Assembly: GCA_041752095.1 (NCBI GenBank)
Contig: JBGSHQ010000133.1
Coordinates: 1-36,548 of the forward strand
Direction: 5' to 3'
Source of the DNA: Bdellovibrionia bacterium
GTDB lineage: Bacteria > Bdellovibrionota > UBA1018
DNA length: 36,548 nucleotides
Under the pieces are notes generated by a model. It did no database searches. It saw only the letters and a program-made list of their open reading frames with translations, and had not been told where the DNA came from. Numbering within the stretch: the stretch's first letter is position 1; each line of letters starts with the position of its first letter. The position numbers and the translations under genes are program-made. This document shows positions 34,521 through 36,548 of the stretch, one piece after another.

Positions 34521-35528
34521 ATGAAAAAGGCGTTTATCACTGGAATTACGGGTCAGGATGGATCTTATCTCGCAGAGCTACTTCTCGAAAAGGGGTACGA
34601 AGTCCATGGCATGATCAGGCGTTCTTCGACTTTTAATCGGGAACGCATCGATCCTCTTTTTTTCTACGAAGGTTCGAAAGTTAAAGATCGCATTTTTCTT
34701 CATTACGGCGACCTCGCGGACGGGTCGGCACTGAACCGCATTCTTCGAACAGTGAAGCCAGAAGAAATTTACCACCTGGGTGCCCAGTCTCACGTACGGG
34801 TGTCGTTTGATGTTCCAGAATATACAGCTGATATCACCGGTACCGGAACGATTCGAATCCTAGATGCGATTTTAGAAACCGGAATTAATACGAAATTCTA
34901 TCAAGCATCGAGTTCCGAAATGTACGGGAAGGTGATGGAAGTTCCCCAAAAGGAAACGACACCGTTCTACCCTCGTTCTCCGTACGGCTGCGCAAAAGTA
35001 TATGCCTACTGGATTACGGTAAACTACCGCGAAGCCTATAATATGCACGCCTCGAACGGTATTCTGTTTAATCACGAATCTCCTCGTCGTGGGGAATCGT
35101 TCGTAACTCGAAAAATCACGAAAACTCTCGCTCGCATTATGGCGGGTAAGTCGAAGGACCTAGCTCTTGGAAACCTCGATGCAAAACGCGACTGGGGTTA
35201 CGCAAAAGACTACGTCGAAGCGATGTGGATGATGCTTCAAGCTCCGACCGCAGATGATTACGTCATTGCGACGAACGAAACCCATTCAATTAAAGAATTT
35301 CTCGATCTTGCGTTTGGGCATGTGGGTCGTGACTGGAAAGAGTATGTTCGCATCGATCCGAAATACTATCGCCCGACGGAAGTGGATCTTCTTATCGGAG
35401 ATCCATCGAAGGCCCGTGAAAAGCTCGGATGGAAACCGAAAACTTCCTTTAAAGAACTCGTACGCCTTATGGTCTATGAAGATTTAAAGGCAGAAGGTCT
35501 CGATCCCGAAAAGCTAATGAAGCACTAA
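34521..35528 (+). CDS. gmd: GDP-mannose 4,6-dehydratase
   Basis: [27 protein letters not shown]...HYGDL...[11 protein letters not shown]...[31 protein letters not shown]...[22 protein letters not shown]...[18 protein letters not shown] are near-identical blocks to my recollection of E. coli Gmd. Confidence 0.95.
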   Translation: MKKAFITGITGQDGSYLAELLLEKGYEVHGMIRRSSTFNRERIDPLFFYEGSKVKDRIFLHYGDLADGSALNRILRTVKPEEIYHLGAQSHVRVSFDVPEYTADITGTGTIRILDAILETGINTKFYQASSSEMYGKVMEVPQKETTPFYPRSPYGCAKVYAYWITVNYREAYNMHASNGILFNHESPRRGESFVTRKITKTLARIMAGKSKDLALGNLDAKRDWGYAKDYVEAMWMMLQAPTADDYVIATNETHSIKEFLDLAFGHVGRDWKEYVRIDPKYYRPTEVDLLIGDPSKAREKLGWKPKTSFKELVRLMVYEDLKAEGLDPEKLMKH

Positions 35529-36547
35529 GCTTTAGCAGTTTTTCGAAGTAAAAATCCGACCGATGCGACGAGATAGCACCCTTCCGTTAGGAACGGGACC
35601 GAGTAGGGACTCATGAGAGATCCGAGAGATACAGTCGCACCTGCTGCGACTATCAGTGAAAAGAGATCGATTTGGTTCAACTTTTTCATATTGAGTACCG
35701 AATGGATCGAAAGCAGCAGTACTGGAAAGAAAAAAACTCCATTATACGCACTTCGCGGTGATGGAAGAAGAATATCAACGAAATAGACCGAGGAAAAAAA
35801 CCGAAGTGAAAAGATTTCTAGCGATTCAGTGCGGTTCTTCCAGAGTTTCCAGCCCGTGATGAGAGAGGCGAAAAGTACAGAGAGCATTCGAATGGAGTAC
35901 GGAAAAACTCCGAGTCCCATTTTAACGGCATAATGATGGATGATATTTCCAGGCCCACCGAAATTAATCACACCACGAATTACTGGGTCGCCCTCTATGA
36001 TTAACGGAAAGTTAAATGCTACGGGGGGTATGCGTTCATGGCTTTCGGAATATCGGAGATACCAGTCTTTGGCTGATGCTAAATAATCGAGCCACAAGTG
36101 GAAGGGATATTTTAGAAGCGTGGGAAGGACCGCAATGACCCCAACACCTGTAATCAATAAAACAGATCGAATCACTCTCTTTTCTCGAAAACTTAAAAAT
36201 AAAGTGAACCCCAATGTCTGTCGAAATACGACTGAAAGAGCGCTAAAAAATCGACTTGTATTTGAATGGGTAAAAACGGCGAGGGTCAGGGCCAGTGTAA
36301 GAAATGAATACTGCTGACCTCGTTCGAGATGGAAAGCCCACACCCCCGAGACCGCCATCACCCCACTCCCTAAGACGAGTGAAGCGAGAAGAGGGGTTCG
36401 ATTTTTTAATTTTTTTCGTAAACCGAAAAAAATTACTGCAGGGATTAATAGAAAAGCGAACCAGTTTAATAAAAAGTTCCACCACTTCTGAGTGAGCCAC
36501 GGAAGGTCTGCAAATAAACTATGAATCCAAAGCACTGTAGGCGGGGA
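35525..36547 (-). CDS. Polytopic membrane protein (DUF2029/GT87-like candidate); probably 5'-truncated by the window edge
   Basis: The track gives 35525-36535 with a GTG start. The frame stays open to the window end, so the N-terminus may lie outside the window. The protein is hydrophobic throughout. Its stop overlaps the gmd stop by 4 nt. Confidence 0.5.
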   Translation of the reverse strand, partial: SPPTVLWIHSLFADLPWLTQKWWNFLLNWFAFLLIPAVIFFGLRKKLKNRTPLLASLVLGSGVMAVSGVWAFHLERGQQYSFLTLALTLAVFTHSNTSRFFSALSVVFRQTLGFTLFLSFREKRVIRSVLLITGVGVIAVLPTLLKYPFHLWLDYLASAKDWYLRYSESHERIPPVAFNFPLIIEGDPVIRGVINFGGPGNIIHHYAVKMGLGVFPYSIRMLSVLFASLITGWKLWKNRTESLEIFSLRFFSSVYFVDILLPSPRSAYNGVFFFPVLLLSIHSVLNMKKLNQIDLFSLIVAAGATVSLGSLMSPYSVPFLTEGCYLVASVGFLLRKTAKA

Positions 36548-36548
36548 A

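Noticed and set aside
1-36548. I searched for CRISPR repeats, tRNA or rRNA genes, transposase or integrase genes and terminal inverted repeats that would define a mobile element.
   Set aside because: I saw no periodic direct repeats, no cloverleaf-like or rRNA-like segments in the short intergenic gaps, and no ORF with DDE, tyrosine-recombinase or serine-recombinase motifs. The only long repeat is the single hairpin at 21352-21410.

Overview
The 36.5 kb window is almost entirely coding: 33 CDSs, 2 of them cut by the window edges. I found no rRNA, tRNA, CRISPR array, transposase or integrase. It reads as a surface-glycan (O-antigen/EPS-type, Wzx/Wzy-style) biosynthesis island from an unidentified bacterium.

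Core machinery:
- a WbaP-like priming phosphoglycosyl transferase
- a GT26 (WecG/TagA-type) transferase
- five cytoplasmic GT-A/GT2 transferases and two GT4 transferases
- a Wzx-like flippase and a Wzy/O-antigen-ligase-like protein
- two SAM methyltransferases

Nucleotide-sugar genes: gmd, fcl, galE, rfbF, a ColD-type 3-dehydratase and one further SDR.

Unusual content:
1. Three polyprenyl-phosphate-sugar synthase-type GT2 genes (two GtrB/ArnC-like, one Dpm1-like) sit among seven large polytopic, GT-C-like membrane proteins.
2. One operon links the GDP-deoxyhexose enzymes directly to lipid-carrier GT2s and a DUF2079-like membrane protein. This is Arn-like logic applied to a deoxy/dideoxy-hexose.
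3. A split transketolase pair lies inside the glycan locus.
4. A lone opposite-strand AAA+ ATPase carries a C-terminal PD-(D/E)xK motif and is preceded by a perfect 25-bp inverted repeat.
5. Gene packing is extreme. There are many 4-nt start/stop overlaps, and convergent genes overlap at their 3' ends, leaving no room for terminators.

Limits: all family calls come from reading motifs by eye. No HMM, BLAST or folding was run. Start codons are provisional, and many GTG/TTG starts are used.
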